NCBI RefSeq assembly: GCF_009914755.1
Contig: NC_060931.1
Direction: 5' to 3' (one strand)
Length of the DNA: 64,000 bases
From: the human T2T-CHM13v2.0 reference genome, Homo sapiens
The position numbers and the translations under genes are program-made. The number at the start of each line of letters is the position of its first letter. Position 1 is the stretch's first letter. The notes below the pieces were generated by a model. The model did no database searches, was not told where the DNA came from, and saw only the letters and a program-made list of their open reading frames with translations. Shown here piece after piece: positions 18,855-44,465 of the stretch.

Positions 18855-20222
18855 TGATCCGCCCGCCTCGGCCTCCCAAAGTGCTGGGATTACAGTCAAG
18901 AGCCACCATGCCCAGCCAGAGTCTTGCTTTGTTGCCAGGCTGGAGTTCAATGGCACGGTCATGGCTCACTGCAGCCTCCAACTCCTGGGCTCAGGCAATC
19001 TTCCTGCCTCAGCCTCCTAAGAGGCTGAGAATACAGGTACGTGCCACCATGCCCGGCTAATTTTTTAAAATAGAGATAAGGTCTCACTATATTGCTCATA
19101 GTAAGACTCGTCTTCTGGCCTCAAGTGATCCTCCTGCTTTGGCTTCCAAAATACTGGGAATACAGGTTTGAGCTGCTGTGCCCAGGCCCATGCGTTCTCA
19201 AGGGGCTTCCTGGAAATGAACAGGTCTGTAATTTTGGGAAGTGAGATAGTATAACTACCCTTTTAATAGAGAGGTTTGACCTAGAGAAACAAGGTCATGG
19301 AATTCTTCAGAATTAATAACTTTGCAAGGGCTGGGACCTAGAGCCAGGATAGAATTTCAGCAGTTCTGACAGCAAAACATCTTTCTCGGTCAAAAAAAAC
19401 ATTCATTCTGGCAACTTCTCCCAGCAGTATACTTCCCAGAAGGACATGGGGATGGGAAGAAGAGAGAGAGACTGCGTCTCAGAAAGAATTGATGAGCTGG
19501 GAAGCCAGGTGGGGTGGTTCACACCTGTAATCCCAGCACTTTGAGAGGCTGAGGCGGGTGAATGGCTTGAGGCCAGGAGTTCGATACCAGCCTGGGCAAC
19601 ATAGTGAAACCGCGTCTCTGCTAAAAATACAAAAATTAGCAAGGCGTGGTGGCACGTGTCTGTGGTCCCAGCTACTTGGGAGGCTGAGGTGGGAGGATTT
19701 TTTTTTAGCCCAGGAAGTCGAGGCTGCAGTGAGCTGTGATCATGTCACTGCACTCTAGCCTGGATGACAGAGCGAGACCCTGTCTCAAAAAAAAAAAAAT
19801 TATAAGCTGGGATTTACTAGGTAGGGAAGCCCAACACTGCATGGCTCTCTAGAAGCATGTTCTATCAAGAGATGGATGGAGGCTTGGCATCCCTTGCAGG
19901 AAGGCTGGTTGGTGGAGAGAGGACAAAAAGCCAGGGAGGAGGAGAGGAGGAGGGGAAGCGAGGAGTTGAAAGCTTTGAAAAGTTCAAAGGCTTCGAACAA
20001 GATAAGACCTTATGCTGACCTTTCTTTATCTGGCAGTTCCAGCTGCCACCTGGAGGAAGAAGTGACTGAGACCAGAACTGTGCCCACCAGCTGCCACACT
20101 TACCTGGCAAGGGCTCAGAGTCAAGATACCCAACCCAGCTCAGCACTTCTCCCTGGACCTCTTCCAACTGCATGAAGCCCTGGGTCCCTGGGTTGTTCAC
20201 AGTTCGTTGTCTCCCGGTGTAG

Positions 20223-20947
<725 letters not shown>

Positions 20948-21209
20948 TCAGGAGGCTGAGGTGGGAGGATCGCTTGAGCCTGGGAATTGGAGGCTGCGGT
21001 GAGCCAAGGTTGCACCACTGCACTCCAGCCTGGGTGACAGGGAGACCCTAAAAAAAAAAAATCATTTTTCATGAGTCATGTGACAAGTTTACCTGGGGAC
21101 AAAAGAGGACTCCCCCCAAACATGGGCCAGTTTTGGCTTAACTTGGCTACAGACGGGGCCCAGACCCTCCCTGACCACAGCCAACCCCCGACACCCCCTC
21201 CATCTTTAG

Positions 21210-21671
<462 letters not shown>

Positions 21672-21999
21672 TGATCAGCCCACCTCGGCCTCCCAAAGTG
21701 CTGGGATTACAGGGGTGAGTCATCACTCCCGGCCCAACTGGTGCCTTTTTTATCCAGAGGCATCCGTGGCTGCTAGAAAAATGACACGGGGGAGGCGGGG
21801 GGCCCAGAGCCTGCCGGAATGGCCATAGCAGTGTCTGCCAGATGCCCCGGGTATAGCAGGACCAACATGCCCCTCTGCCTCCCAGCAGAGCTTGGATATT
21901 CTCCTGTTAACATTTATGGAGACTTATCATGAGCCAGGCATTGGGCTTAGTGCTTCTCATGCATTAATTGCCTAAATTATCCTCACAGCCCACCTATGA

Positions 22000-22358
<359 letters not shown>

Positions 22359-22688
22359 TAGCCTTTGGTATAAGGCACCCCAGTCCAGAGATGGAGATAC
22401 TATTGGCGATGGGAAAACATCAGGAGCACACCAACTGGGGCAGCCCAATAAAAAGAGGCATGGATATCACATCATCAGCTTCCCTGACTTTTTATCATAA
22501 AAGTGGTTAATGCACATAGTAAAAAGCTCAAACACCATGAAAACGCACTAATAAAAGTATATCTCGGCTGGGCATGGTGGCTTACACCTGTAATCCCCAC
22601 ACTTTTTGGGAGGCCGAGGTGGGTGGATCTCCTGAGGTTGGGAGTTCGAGACCAGCCTGACCAACATGGAGAAACTCTGTCTCTACTA

Positions 22689-23890
<1,202 letters not shown>

Positions 23891-24132
23891 TAGTTTGTAT
23901 GTCCAGCAAATTACTAATCATATGTATATCTTTTTTGTTGCACAAATAGTATCATCCAGTATATACTCTTGTGCACTTTGATTTTTTTCATTTAAAAATA
24001 GATCTTTGGAAGGGCGTGGTGGCTGATGCCTGTAATCCCAGCACTCTGGGAGGCCAAGGCAGGCAGATCACGAGGTCAGGAGTTCGAGACCAGCCTGGCC
24101 AACATGGTGAAAGCCCGTCTCTACAAAATTCA

Positions 24133-24368
<236 letters not shown>

Positions 24369-25128
24369 CTACCGATATTACTGCAATAAACCTCCCTGCC
24401 CATGCATCTCTGTGCATTTGCATAGGGTTCCCTTCTGGAAGTGGAGTTGCTGGGTCAACAGATATGTGTGTTAAGCGTTTTAGCAGATGTTACTAGATTG
24501 TCCTCCAAAGAGGCTGGTCCAGTAGACACTCTAGCTGGTAGTGCAACAGAGTGCCAGCTTCCCCACACTCCCAAGTGCCTGCTACCCTCTTCTTCTGCAT
24601 TGCCTGCTTCAATCCTCTCAAGGCCCCTGGCTGGAGTATAGACACCATACGATACAACCTCTGGGAAAATAAATGAAGACCACCCAAATGAAAACTAACA
24701 CACTACTCACTCTGAGCTTGCTACAGCAAGAGGGTCAGCCTCCATCCATTGAAGAGACTCAGAGGCAGGCAGGGGAGAGGGAACACTTTGCAGTAGGAAA
24801 GAGGGAAGGCACGGGGTGCTTTGTTTTACTTATTTCTTTATTTTTGAGACAGAGTCTCACTCTGTCACCCAGGCTGGAGTGCAGTGGCACAATCTCAGCT
24901 CAATGCAACCTCCACCTCCTGGGTTCAAGCGATTGTCCTGCCTCAGCCTCCTGAGTAGCTGGGATTACAGGTGTGCACCACCACACCTGGCTAATTTTTG
25001 TATTTTTAGTTGAGATGAGGTTTCACCATGTTGGCCAGGCTGGTCTCAAACTCCTGACCTCGTGATCCACCCACTTCAGCCTCCCAAAATGCTGGGATTA
25101 CAGTCATGAGCCACTGCACCCAGCCTGA

Positions 25129-26146
<1,018 letters not shown>

Positions 26147-26153
26147 TCGTTGA

Positions 26154-26403
<250 letters not shown>

Positions 26404-26540
26404 TGATCCCCCCCACCCACCCTCCTCAGCCTCCCAAAGTGCTGGGATTACAGGCGTGAGCCACTGCGCCTGGCATCATTGGCTTTCTATGGCTGGTTCT
26501 GAGTTGGAAAAGTGGGGAGAATAGGGAAGCTGGCAGCTAC

Positions 26541-27898
26541 TGAAACTGTCTTTGCAAAAACCATAATAGTGAGAAAATGATGACAGTGAAAAAGAGCTGA
26601 CCCAACCAACCCCCATCTTTCCTTTAATCTCCAAACTGCCCTTGGTCATTCCTGGGCTTGGACCAAGCTAACTTGGGGGAAATTTAGTTTATAGTTTAAA
26701 TGATAATAGCCCTTCCCCCAAATTAAACCACCTTTGTAAAACACAAGAAAGACCACAAGGTTAGGAGGATGAGAGGGGCCTGAATTCTGCAAGATTTAGG
26801 CGAGTTACCAGCCATTGTTCCAGAAGTCACAAGATCTGCAACTTCTCCAATTACTCATGTAGATAACATCACTATTGCAGAACCTGTGATAGACTTTTTT
26901 TGGTTTGTTTTTGTTTTTTTTTTTTGAGACAGGGTCTCACTCTGTCACCTAGGCTGGAGTGCAGTGGCATGATCTCAGCTCACTGCAACCTCTGACTTCT
27001 GGGTTCAAATGAATTCTTATGTCTCAGCCTCCTGAGTAGCTGGGATTACAGCTGCATGCTGCCACGCCTGGCTAATTTTTGTATTTTTAGTAGAGACTGG
27101 GTTTCACCATGTTGGCCAGGCTGGTCTTGAACCCCTGACCTCAAGTGATCTGCCCGCCTCAGCCTCCCAAAGTGCTGGCATTATAGGTGACAGACACTGC
27201 CCCTGGCCTATGATAGGCCTTTGAAGATGTGTTTTCAGGCCGGGCACGGTGGCTCACACCTGTAATTCCAGCACTTTGGGAGACCGAGGCAGGTGGATCA
27301 TGAGGTCAGGAGATCGAGATCATCCTGGCTAACACAGTGAAAACCCGTCTCTACTAAAAAATACAAAAAATTAGCCAGGCGTGATGGCAGGTGCCTGTAT
27401 TCCTAGCTACTCAGGAGGCTGAGGCAGGAGAATGGTGTGAACCCAGGAGGTGGAGCTTGCAGTGAGCCAAGATTGTGCCACTGCACTCCAGCCTCGGGGA
27501 CAGAGCAAGACATGTCCAAAAAAAAAAAAAAAAAAAAAAAAGATGTGTTTTCAGACTTTTGCATTTCTGACTGTTGGATGAGTCCACCCAGACCAGTGAC
27601 TCCTCTGTGGCTCTACCCAGAAGCAGACTCAATGTAAAAGGACCATTTTCCACACCTGTATGATTGCATCCCCAACCAATCAGCAGCTCCCATTCCCTAG
27701 CCCACTGCCTACCAAACTATTCTTGAAAAACCCTAGTCTCTGAACTTTGGGGAAGGCTGGTTTGAGTAACAATAACGCTCCGGTCTCCTGTACAGCCAGC
27801 TCTGCATGAATTAAATTCCTTCTCTGTTGCAATTCCCCTGTCTTGATAAATTGGCTTTATCTGGGCAGTGGGCAAAATGAATGCACTGGATGGTTACA
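26541..27898 (+). mobile_element. LTR8A-like (ERV1) solo LTR, interrupted by two Alus
   Basis: TGAAACTGTCTTTGCAAAA...GGATGGTTACA, TG..CA termini. Confidence 0.75.
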
Positions 27899-28422
27899 CT
27901 ATGGACCAAGCACCGGCTCTCCAGGCTGAATGCTGCAGAGGCTGTGGTGAGAGTCCTATTGTCACATGCAGTTGGGACACTGTCTGTATTTCAGTCTCAT
28001 CCCTGAATGCTCTGGCTCTCCTCCCTCTTTAGGAACATGCTCTCTCTCCAGGGTGGAACCCAAGTCACCATTCAGGTGCCAACTCTGTGAAGCTGGTTCT
28101 GCAGGCTCCTTCTTCCCATCAGAATGTCCCCTGCTGTGTATTGTTTAGCATTGCTACTTATTCTGCTTTGCATTAGACTTACAATAGCTTTAGTAGCTAC
28201 TGTATATGCAGTGCCTACTACTGGGCCTCTGTGTGCTCTGCAGACTCCTGGCTGCCAGTATGTGGCTCCCTGTGCCTGGGGGCTTTTTTTTAACCATGGG
28301 AACTTACTCTGCTCCCACTTGCTGAAAGCCCACCCCTCACGCACAGCTGGCAAAGACTGATGGAGTGGGTGTGTACTTCCGAGGAGGATGGATCTGTAGG
28401 TTGATGGATCCCCACCAGGTTA

Positions 28423-28575
<153 letters not shown>

Positions 28576-28721
28576 TCAGGTGTTGTGGCGCATGCCTCTA
28601 ATCCCAGCTACACAGGAGGCTGAGGCAGAGAATAGCTTGAACCTGAGAGGCGGAGGCTGCAGTGAGCCGAGATTGCCCCACTGTGCTCTAGTCTGGAGTG
28701 CAAAAAAAAAAAAAGTATATG

Positions 28722-29264
28722 TGTCAGAAGCGTGTGAACCAGAGCAACTCCATCTTAAATATGGGCTAGGTAAAACAAGGCTGAGACCTACTGGGTGCAT
28801 TCCTAGATGGTTAAGGCATTCTAAATCACAGGATGAGATAGGAGGTCGGCGCAATATGCTGGTCATAAAGACCTCGCTGATAAAACAGGTTGTGGTAAAG
28901 AAACTGGCTAAAACCAACCAAAACCAAGATGGCAATGAGAGTGACCTCTGGTCGTCCTCACTGCTACTCTCCCACCAGCGCCAGGACAGTTTACAAACAC
29001 CATGGCAACATCAGGAAGTTACCTTATATGGTCTAAAAAGGGTAGGCATGAATAATCCACCCCTTGCTTAGCATATCATCAAGAAAAAAACATAAAAAAT
29101 GGGCAACCAGCATCCCTCAGGGCTGCTCTGTCTATGGAGTAGCCATTCTTTTGTTCCTTTACTTTCTTAATAAACTTGCTTTCACTTTACTCTATGGACT
29201 CACCCTGAATTCCTTCTTGTGTGAGATCCAAGAACCCTCTCTTGAGGTCTGGATTGGGACCCCT
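28722..29264 (+). mobile_element. MER41A-like solo LTR lacking the GAS block
   Basis: Homologous to 22929-23890 but reads AAAAAGGGTAGG-CATGAATAA where the other copy has the ~43-bp STAT segment. Confidence 0.85.
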
Positions 29265-29686
29265 TATATGTCTGCTGCTTAAACCTCACCTCCCAGGCCA
29301 TGGTGCTGAGCCAAGGGGCAGGTGTCGCGGAGAACCCAAAAGTCCCAGAGCATATCCGGGAACATAGCCAAGGCAGACAGTCTCATTGCATACAATAGGC
29401 AAAGAGCCAGAAAATTAGCTTCAAAGCAGCATAGAGATGGGTAGCGGGGTGGATCTCTGCAGTGGTCCTGCTGCTAGCTAGGAGTCCCTATATGTAAATC
29501 CTCACACACTCACCTACTCGCCAGGCTGGACTTCTCTGAGTTCTTTGGTCTCAGCTCTTTCCCAGCTTGGGAGAACATTCTTCTAGACAATTGCGAGTTT
29601 TCTCCATGACAGGGTCTCATGCCACTTCCCAGTGGTTTGAGCTCTGATTGTCCTCTGCTAAATCATGCACTTTTTTTAATTTTTAA

Positions 29687-30019
<333 letters not shown>

Positions 30020-30094
30020 TAGGCTGGGCGCAGCGGCTCACACCTGTAATCCCAGCACTTTGGGAGGCCAAGGCGGGCAGATCACTTGAGGTCA

Positions 30095-30391
<297 letters not shown>

Positions 30392-30877
30392 TCACAAGAT
30401 CCTCCCACCTTGGCCTCTTAAAGTGCTGAGATTACAGGCATGGGCCACTGCACTCAGCCAGAGAATTGGAAAGCTGCATGGTGTGGAAAACTTACATATT
30501 TGGTGTCAAAACTGTCGCGAGGATAGAAAAAGAGTTTTTCTCTTTCAAGGTCATGCAACTTGTAAAGCAGAATTGGCTTTGAACCCATAGTGCTCTTGAT
30601 TCACGAGTGTGTTCATGTTATAATTCTAATTCTTTGAAGCAAGACATCATCGTGTATCATTTTTTTAGCCTCCTAATACCCATAATAACTCCTTGTGCAA
30701 TAACATGTTTGTTGAAATATTTTAAAAATTTGGGGCCAGGCAGAGTGGCTCATGCCTGTAATCCTTGTAATTCCAGCACTTTGGGAGGCTGAGGCAGGTG
30801 GATCACTTGAGGTCAGGCGTTCGAGACCAGCCTGACCACCATGGTGAAACCCCATCTCTACTAAAAATACAAAATTA

Positions 30878-31064
<187 letters not shown>

Positions 31065-31348
31065 TCACATCTTTAATTCTGGTGTTTTGGGAAGCCGAGG
31101 TGGGAGAACTGCTTGAGGCCAGGAGTTCTAGACCAGCCTGGACAACAAAGCAAGATCTCATCTCTACAAAAAATGAAAAGATTAGCCGGGTGTGGTGGTG
31201 CACACCTGTAGTCCCAGCTACTTAGAGAAGCTGAGGTGGGAGGATTGCTTGAGCCCAGAATTTCGTGGCTGCAGTGAGCTATGATTGTACCACTGTACTC
31301 CAGTCTGGGCAACAGAGTGATACCCTGTCTCAAAAATTTTTTAAATTA

Positions 31349-31947
<599 letters not shown>

Positions 31948-32184
31948 CTACACTCTTGATAAACCCACACAGTATATCATGCATAGAAAAAAAAAGCTAG
32001 AGTCTTTTCTCCCCCTAATCCCCCCACCCTATCTTCCCCTCACCAAAATGTGGGGTGAGCCCAGATTTGAAGGCAGTACAGGCCCTTGTCCCCAAGACAG
32101 CATGGAGCAACCTGTCACAAAGCAGGGAATCTCCTTAAAGTCATGTCTTCCCAAAAAGATTAAACTACCCAGGCTGGCCCTTCA

Positions 32185-32676
<492 letters not shown>

Positions 32677-32859
32677 TCAGCCCCCGGGAACCACATCACC
32701 TGCTCCCTCGGGTTTTTCATAGAAGAGACACATCCCTGGAGAGTGTTGCTAAGAAACAGGAAAATTAGCTCTTCCCCCCATCACTGTGGCTTCTCCAGGC
32801 CCCGAGTAGCCCGCCAAGCAGCTCAGGCCCAAACTCAGGGCTGGAGGGCTGGGTGGTGA

Positions 32860-34779
<1,920 letters not shown>

Positions 34780-34839
34780 GTCTCAGAGAGCAGAAGCACC
34801 AGCTCGGGGCTCAAAGCTGACGTGCAGGAGGAAAGGACC

Positions 34840-35015
34840 TAGGGATAAATAGCTCGGGTCCTTGCAGAGTACCCCAAACTCCCTCCCTCTGCCCTTTATG
34901 GGGCAACTAGAAGGAAACACGCCCCCGAGCCCCCTCCACGCTTCCTTGAAAATCCTGAGGCCTGTGGTCTGGAAAGAGGAAGTTGTTGTCCCGTTGTTGC
35001 CCAGCTGAGTCAAGG
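34840..35015 (-). promoter_or_regulatory. CCL24: CCL24 proximal promoter
   Basis: TATA-like TATTTAT (34845-34851, minus), GAS TTCCTTGAA 34942-34950, RUNX TGTGGT 34963-34968, ETS/PU.1 AAGAGGAAGT 34974-34983 and AP-1 TGAGTCA 35006-35012, all within 240 bp of the ATG. Confidence 0.65.
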
Positions 35016-36161
35016 GTTATCTTGGGCTCCGAACGAAAGAACTGGGGGAGGGGACATCACCCCACCTAGGCCAAGTTCAAAGGTGTTGGATGCATTGTCA
35101 GAAGGCCCATGGGATCCTGGCTGTGTTGGCCACTCCCTGTGGGATCCTGGATAAGTCACTCACCTCCCTGAGCCTCAGTTACTTCAGCTGAAAATGGGCA
35201 GAGTCATCCCTATCTTCTCCCTTCCATTCATTCATTCATTCATTCACCCAATTATTTATTAGGCATGTGGTCTGTGCCAGGCACTGGGAGGACTCTAATG
35301 GGGAGACAGATTTGTGATCAAGTGTGTGTAACAGACAATGAGAGGTCAGCTGGGCACGGGGGCTCATGCTTGTAATCCCTGTGCTTTGGAAGTTTCAAGT
35401 GGGAGGATCATTTGAGGCCAGGACTTTGAGACCAGCCTAGGCAACAAAGCAAGACCCTATCTCTATAAAAAATAAAAAAATTAGCCAGGCGTGGTGGTGC
35501 AGGCTTGTAGTCTCAGCTCTTGGGGAGGCTGAGGTGGAAGGATGACTTGAACCCAGGAGTTCAAGGCTGCAGTGAGCTGTGATCACACCACTGCCTCTCC
35601 AGGCTGGGCAACAGAGCAACACCCTGTCTTAAAATCAATCAATCAACCAATCAATCAATCAGTCCATGACAAGTCTTGACAGAGCAAAGCAGATGCTGTC
35701 AGGACCGCTTTCCATCAGCTCTCGGTGGCCTTGAAGTCCCAACAGCCATCGCCTGTACCCTCAAGTTGCCGGAGCCACTTAGTCACCAAGATTCTAGGGA
35801 AGTGGGAAATGCCTGGAAATTCACATCCTCTGAGGTGGCCAATGTCTGCCAGAGGGATGCCGACTCCAGATCCAGCATGACCTACCCTGTTTCCTGAGTT
35901 TCCAACTCGGTCAAATCTGTGACTCTCTGTGCAGCCGGACTTTGCTTGGCCCCTTCCCGCGCCGACCAGATTCCCAGTCCCCCGATGGTCTCTCGTGGAA
36001 GCATCTCTTAATAAACCACAAGCCCATGAATCCCTGCCAAGGGTCTGCTTTGGGGACCCTGACCCAGGACAAGGTATGGGGGTGGTGGGTGGGAGGAAGG
36101 GAAACATAGGAGAAACCAGGGGCCGGGAGCGGTGGCTCATGCCTGTAATCCCAATGCTTTA

Positions 36162-36617
<456 letters not shown>

Positions 36618-37563
36618 TCATAGCTGACAGCTGCACTGAGGTTGGAGGACAGAAGGCACTGGCAACTACGCGGAAGCCTGTAAGTCATAACGTCCAGTTC
36701 AGTTGTAAGGGACTGAGGCAACTTTATGAGGCAGAGTGGGACATGGCTCCCACCTCACTCCACCCCCGATTCCAGGATCCCAGGTCAGGACCTCATGATC
36801 AGAGACTCCCTTCACCTGCCACTCCCATGTGGCTGACTGCCACGGAGGCTCTACAGCCCTTTGTAATTATTGGGTAACAAGAACAAGGAGGAGGAGGTAA
36901 CAATTGGTCAGCTGCTTAATTGATCACAGGTTCATATTGCTACTGACAGGCTTCAATTATGCCTAACCATAAGAAAGATTTGTGCTGTCTCCAACACTCC
37001 CATACCCAACCCCTCCCTACGGTTCTCTCCATTTGCCTTCTCCAACCTCCCTGCTCTGGGATTCCAGGGCACACACCGATGTAAGACCCACACAGTGGCA
37101 TAGTGGGAGCACAGTGGTACTCGTCACTTGGTGGCCAGCTGGGTGTCTGCGTCTCAGTCTCATGCTTGACCTGAACGCCTTGAGATAAATTTATATACCC
37201 GCCAAGTGCCGAGCAAATCACCTGTGCCATGGCCAGCATTTGCAGAATGAATAGATGATGGATCAACTCTGAAACAACTTCCTCTGGACCAGGGACTCCT
37301 GTGTGGGTTTTGCCCACAGAGCACAACTGGAGCCTGCGTGTACACAAGGTAAGTCAGCAAGGCGGGTCCCCTGATGGAGGCAAGACTGAAGTCGGGGAGG
37401 CTGGTAGCACCTGATCTCACTGCCTATGCTTACAGAGTGAAAAATGCTGAGAGCCCAACTCAGGGCTTCATTAGCCTGGCACCTGCCCCTGTCTGCCTTC
37501 ACCTCCCCATCAGCCAACAGTAATTATCCTCTGCTGGCAGAGCAATTAGGGAGGATTAAGTGA

Positions 37564-37824
<261 letters not shown>

Positions 37825-37865
37825 TAGGTTGGTCAGGCTGGTCTTGAACTCCTGACCTCAGGTAA

Positions 37866-38108
<243 letters not shown>

Positions 38109-38587
38109 TAGTAGAGATGGGGTACCCCTATGTTGCCCAGGCTAGTTTCCAACTCCTGGCTTCAAGCAATCCTCCCACCTCGACCTCCCAAAGCGCTGGG
38201 ATTACAGGCATGAGCCACTGTGCCCAGCTCATCATGATGTCTTATGACAGCTCTTCTAATTTTTGCTCCCCAGTGATTCAGAGGGGATGCCGGTTGACTG
38301 CCTGCATTTTCTCACTCAGTGGGTGCCGGGAGTGTGGTGTGTGGGGAGGAGGAAGTTGGGGGGAGAAAGGATGGTCAGACAGAGGCAGCACTCAGGAGAA
38401 GAGTGAGGCTGGGGTAAATAGGGCGGGGATGCCTGCCATCCCCATGTTGCAACAGGAGTGGGCGAGCAGAAGGTCATTGGGTGGGAGTGTGTGGGGTGGG
38501 GTGCTTCACCCCAGATTAGTAATACCCATTAAGGGCTTTTCCAAGGCCTTAAAAAACACAAAATATCCAATTTTTTTTTTTTTTTGA

Positions 38588-39573
<986 letters not shown>

Positions 39574-40113
39574 TCACACATGTAATCCCAGCACTTTGGG
39601 AGGCCGAGGTGGGAGGATTGCTTGAGCCCAGGAGTTCAAGTCCAGCCTGGGCAACATGGCAAGACCCGGACTCTTTAAAAAAAAAAAAAAAATTAGAAAG
39701 AGGAAGAGGGAAGCAGTAGAAGTGGGAACCTGGCAGGGGCAGAAACAGCATGTGTGGAGGAGGCTGGAGGGTGGGTGGGAGGTGACCCACAGCAGTGTGA
39801 GGCTCTTAGAACCCCTGATGGCTCCAGCACAGACCCTGTCCCTCTCTTGGCCTCGGTTTCTCCATCTGAGAAGTAGCGTGTTGGCCAGAGCGGCCTCTCC
39901 CCAAGTGTAGGACCACCAGCCATGATACAAGAAGGAACATTTCTCATTTTATTTAAATGTTTTGTTATGGTCACCCTCTTTAATAAGGGACTTTAAGGAA
40001 CTTTATATATATATATATTATAGTAATACAAGATTTCCCTAAGGTAAGAAATATGAGGGCCAGGGCTCACGCTTGTAATCCCAGCACTTTGGGAGGCCAA
40101 GGTGGGCAGATCA

Positions 40114-40647
<534 letters not shown>

Positions 40648-41109
40648 TCAAGACTAGCCTGGGTAACATAACATATCCCCATCTCTCAATAAATAAATAA
40701 AAGAAGGGGGCTGTCATCTCTGAAGATAAATGACTTTAAATACCTGAGGAAGGGTCCCAGAAAGGGGGCACTGGATCTGATGGCCCTAATTAGGGTAAAA
40801 GTAGACCACACACACACACAAAGAAAGAAAGAAAAAAAATCCTGTGTCTTCTTACTAAGGTCTGAACTGAATTTTAGGTCAAACCATAGGCCCAAGATGG
40901 GCAGCTATGGTGTAGTGACATATTTTAGTCCCTGACCTGCTAAAAACTGGCTGTATGAGCCTGGGCAACTTGCTCACTCCTCCCAAGCTTTGATTTCCTC
41001 ATCTATGAAATGGTGGGGGCGGGGAGGATGAGGCCACTTTTTACCCATGATCTCATGTGATTCTAGAATCCTAGAAAGTTACGGATGTAAGGGCTTTTAG
41101 TAAACTACG

Positions 41110-41302
<193 letters not shown>

Positions 41303-41307
41303 TTTGA

Positions 41308-41460
<153 letters not shown>

Positions 41461-41664
41461 TAGTGGAGGCGGGGTTCCACCATGTTGGCCAGACTGGTCT
41501 CGAACTCCTGGCCTCAGGTGATCTGCCAGCCTTGGCCTCCCAAAGTGCTGGGATAACAGGCATGAGCCACCTCGCCTGGCAGTGCACATGCAAGTCTTCA
41601 CCATCTAGCAGGAACCAGACCCTTAAGCTAGAGGAACTCAGCCCCAAGGGAGGTGTTTCAGGTA

Positions 41665-42075
41665 TCCATCCATCCACCTACCCATTAATTCATCTACTCA
41701 CTCATCCATCCATCCATCCATCCACCCACCCACCCACCCATCTACCCACTCATCCACCCATCTATCCATCATCCATCCATCCATCCACTTATTCATCCAT
41801 CCACCCTTCATCCATCTACCCATCCACCCATCCACCTACCCACCCATGCATCCACCCCTCCACCCATCCATCCATTCACCCACCCATCTACTCATCTATC
41901 CATCCATCCATTCACTAATCCATCCATCCATCCATCCATCCATCCATCCATCCCTCCACCCATCTATCTATCCATCCACTCATCTATCCATCCATCCATT
42001 CATTAATCCATCCATCTATCCATCAATTCATCCATCCATCCATCCATCCATCCATCCATCCATCCATCCCTCATC
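41665..42075 (+). repeat. Degenerate (TCCA)n tetranucleotide repeat
   Basis: Seen directly. Confidence 0.95.
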
Positions 42076-42845
42076 GAACCCTGCTATATACCAGGTGCCC
42101 CATCCCAGGCATACCAAGAAAAACTATATACAGGTGTTGCCTTGGGGAACTCTCACACTAGCCTTGAGAGACAGAGGCAATTATGACACAGGTGATAAGT
42201 GTCCAGATGGAGGAGGTCTACCGAGGCCACAGTGGAGAGCAGAAGTCATAGAAAACTTCCTGAAGGAGGTGCCCCTTGTGCTGAGTTAGGCTGACCAAGG
42301 GGAGTTGGGCTTGACAGGGAGGAAACTGGGCAGAGAAGGGTATTTCAAGCCCTGGAAGCCACAGAGATGAAGTCAAAGCAGAGGGGTGACTTGGCCAGGT
42401 TGGAGCCTTAAAGAAATCACTCTGGCTGCAGTAAGTCATGTGGCAGAACTGGTGGGAAGCCTGTGGTAGGGAATCTAGGATGGAGAGGTGGAGGAAGTTA
42501 GGATGGAAAAAAGAGGATGGATTTGAGGATTACTCAGGATTCCATTTGCTGAGCTCTGATGCCATATGGTTGAGGAAAAGGAAGGATTGTCTAGGATAAC
42601 ACTTGGGTTTCAAACTTGAGTGCATGTGTTGGGGGGACCATTCATGGATAAAAACAGTCTGCAGGGGCTGTGGGGCTTCCAGGGGTTCTGGTAGATGCCC
42701 GAGGCAGGCAGGGCAGGTAGGGAGAGGTCTGGATGTCCAATAAATTATCAGAACAAGGGAGGGGCTCAAGGCTGTAATCCCAACACTTTGGGAGGCCAAG
42801 GCGGGTGGATCACCTGAGGTCAGGAGTTTGAGACCAGCCTGATCA

Positions 42846-43298
<453 letters not shown>

Positions 43299-43675
43299 TT
43301 AGACAGCCTCAACTGCCCCACCCAGCTCAAGACACAGTGTAGTACCATGGGGAGGGCATGGCCCTAGAGGTAGACACTCCTGGGTTTGAGCCTCGTCCCA
43401 ACCATATGCTCACTTGGTGGCCCAGGCAAGGTGTTTAGCCTCTGTGAAGCTTAATTCATTTACTAAAAGATGGGTGTGTGACTGTGCACCTCCCAGGATG
43501 GTGGAGGGAGTAGGCCTCAAGCTTCAGTGAGGGACTCCATGAAACGCCACCAGACCAGCATCCCTTCAGCTGTTCCCCTAAAGCCCTACATGGCTCCTCT
43601 GAACTCATCTTATCCTCTTATTGTCCCCATGTCACCAGTAAGGAAACTGAGGTTCAGGCTGGGCATGGTGACTCA

Positions 43676-44044
<369 letters not shown>

Positions 44045-44426
44045 CTATGCCCTTGTCATGGTGCCAGGCAGCATGCTCCGCTGAGTGGCACCAATGCCAC
44101 CACACCGAGTTCACTTTCCGAGCTGCTCTCCGATCCACCCCTTACTTTAGACTCTCACGGCCACCAGCTTTGCACAGCCTCCATCAATTCTTTCTTGCAT
44201 TCTTGTCCCAGCCTCCTAAAGGAAGCGGGTAGACATCTGGGGTGTGATGCAGGGGGGAGAGGGCAGTGGGGTGCCAGGATGAATGGGCACTGTGGTGGGG
44301 AGTGCAAGGGGCTAGACTCAGGCATGCAGACTGGGGGTGTCACTGCTTCCTGGGATATCCTGCTTCCTCGATACCAAACACACACACACAAAGTCCCAGA
44401 ATACTGGGCACAGGGGAGCCACTTAC

Positions 44427-44465
44427 CCGGAGGTAACAGGGTGACAGCCTTGGTGCCAAGTGCAG
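44427..44465 (-). other. CCL24: Probable alternative upstream non-coding first exon of CCL24
   Basis: Strong minus-strand donor GGG|GTAAGT at 44427/44426 and a matching acceptor tatccctag|G at 34839/34838 (59 nt 5' of the ATG); AP-1 TGACTCA at 44484-44490. Consistent with my recollection of a long CCL24 isoform. The 5' boundary is approximate. Confidence 0.55.
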
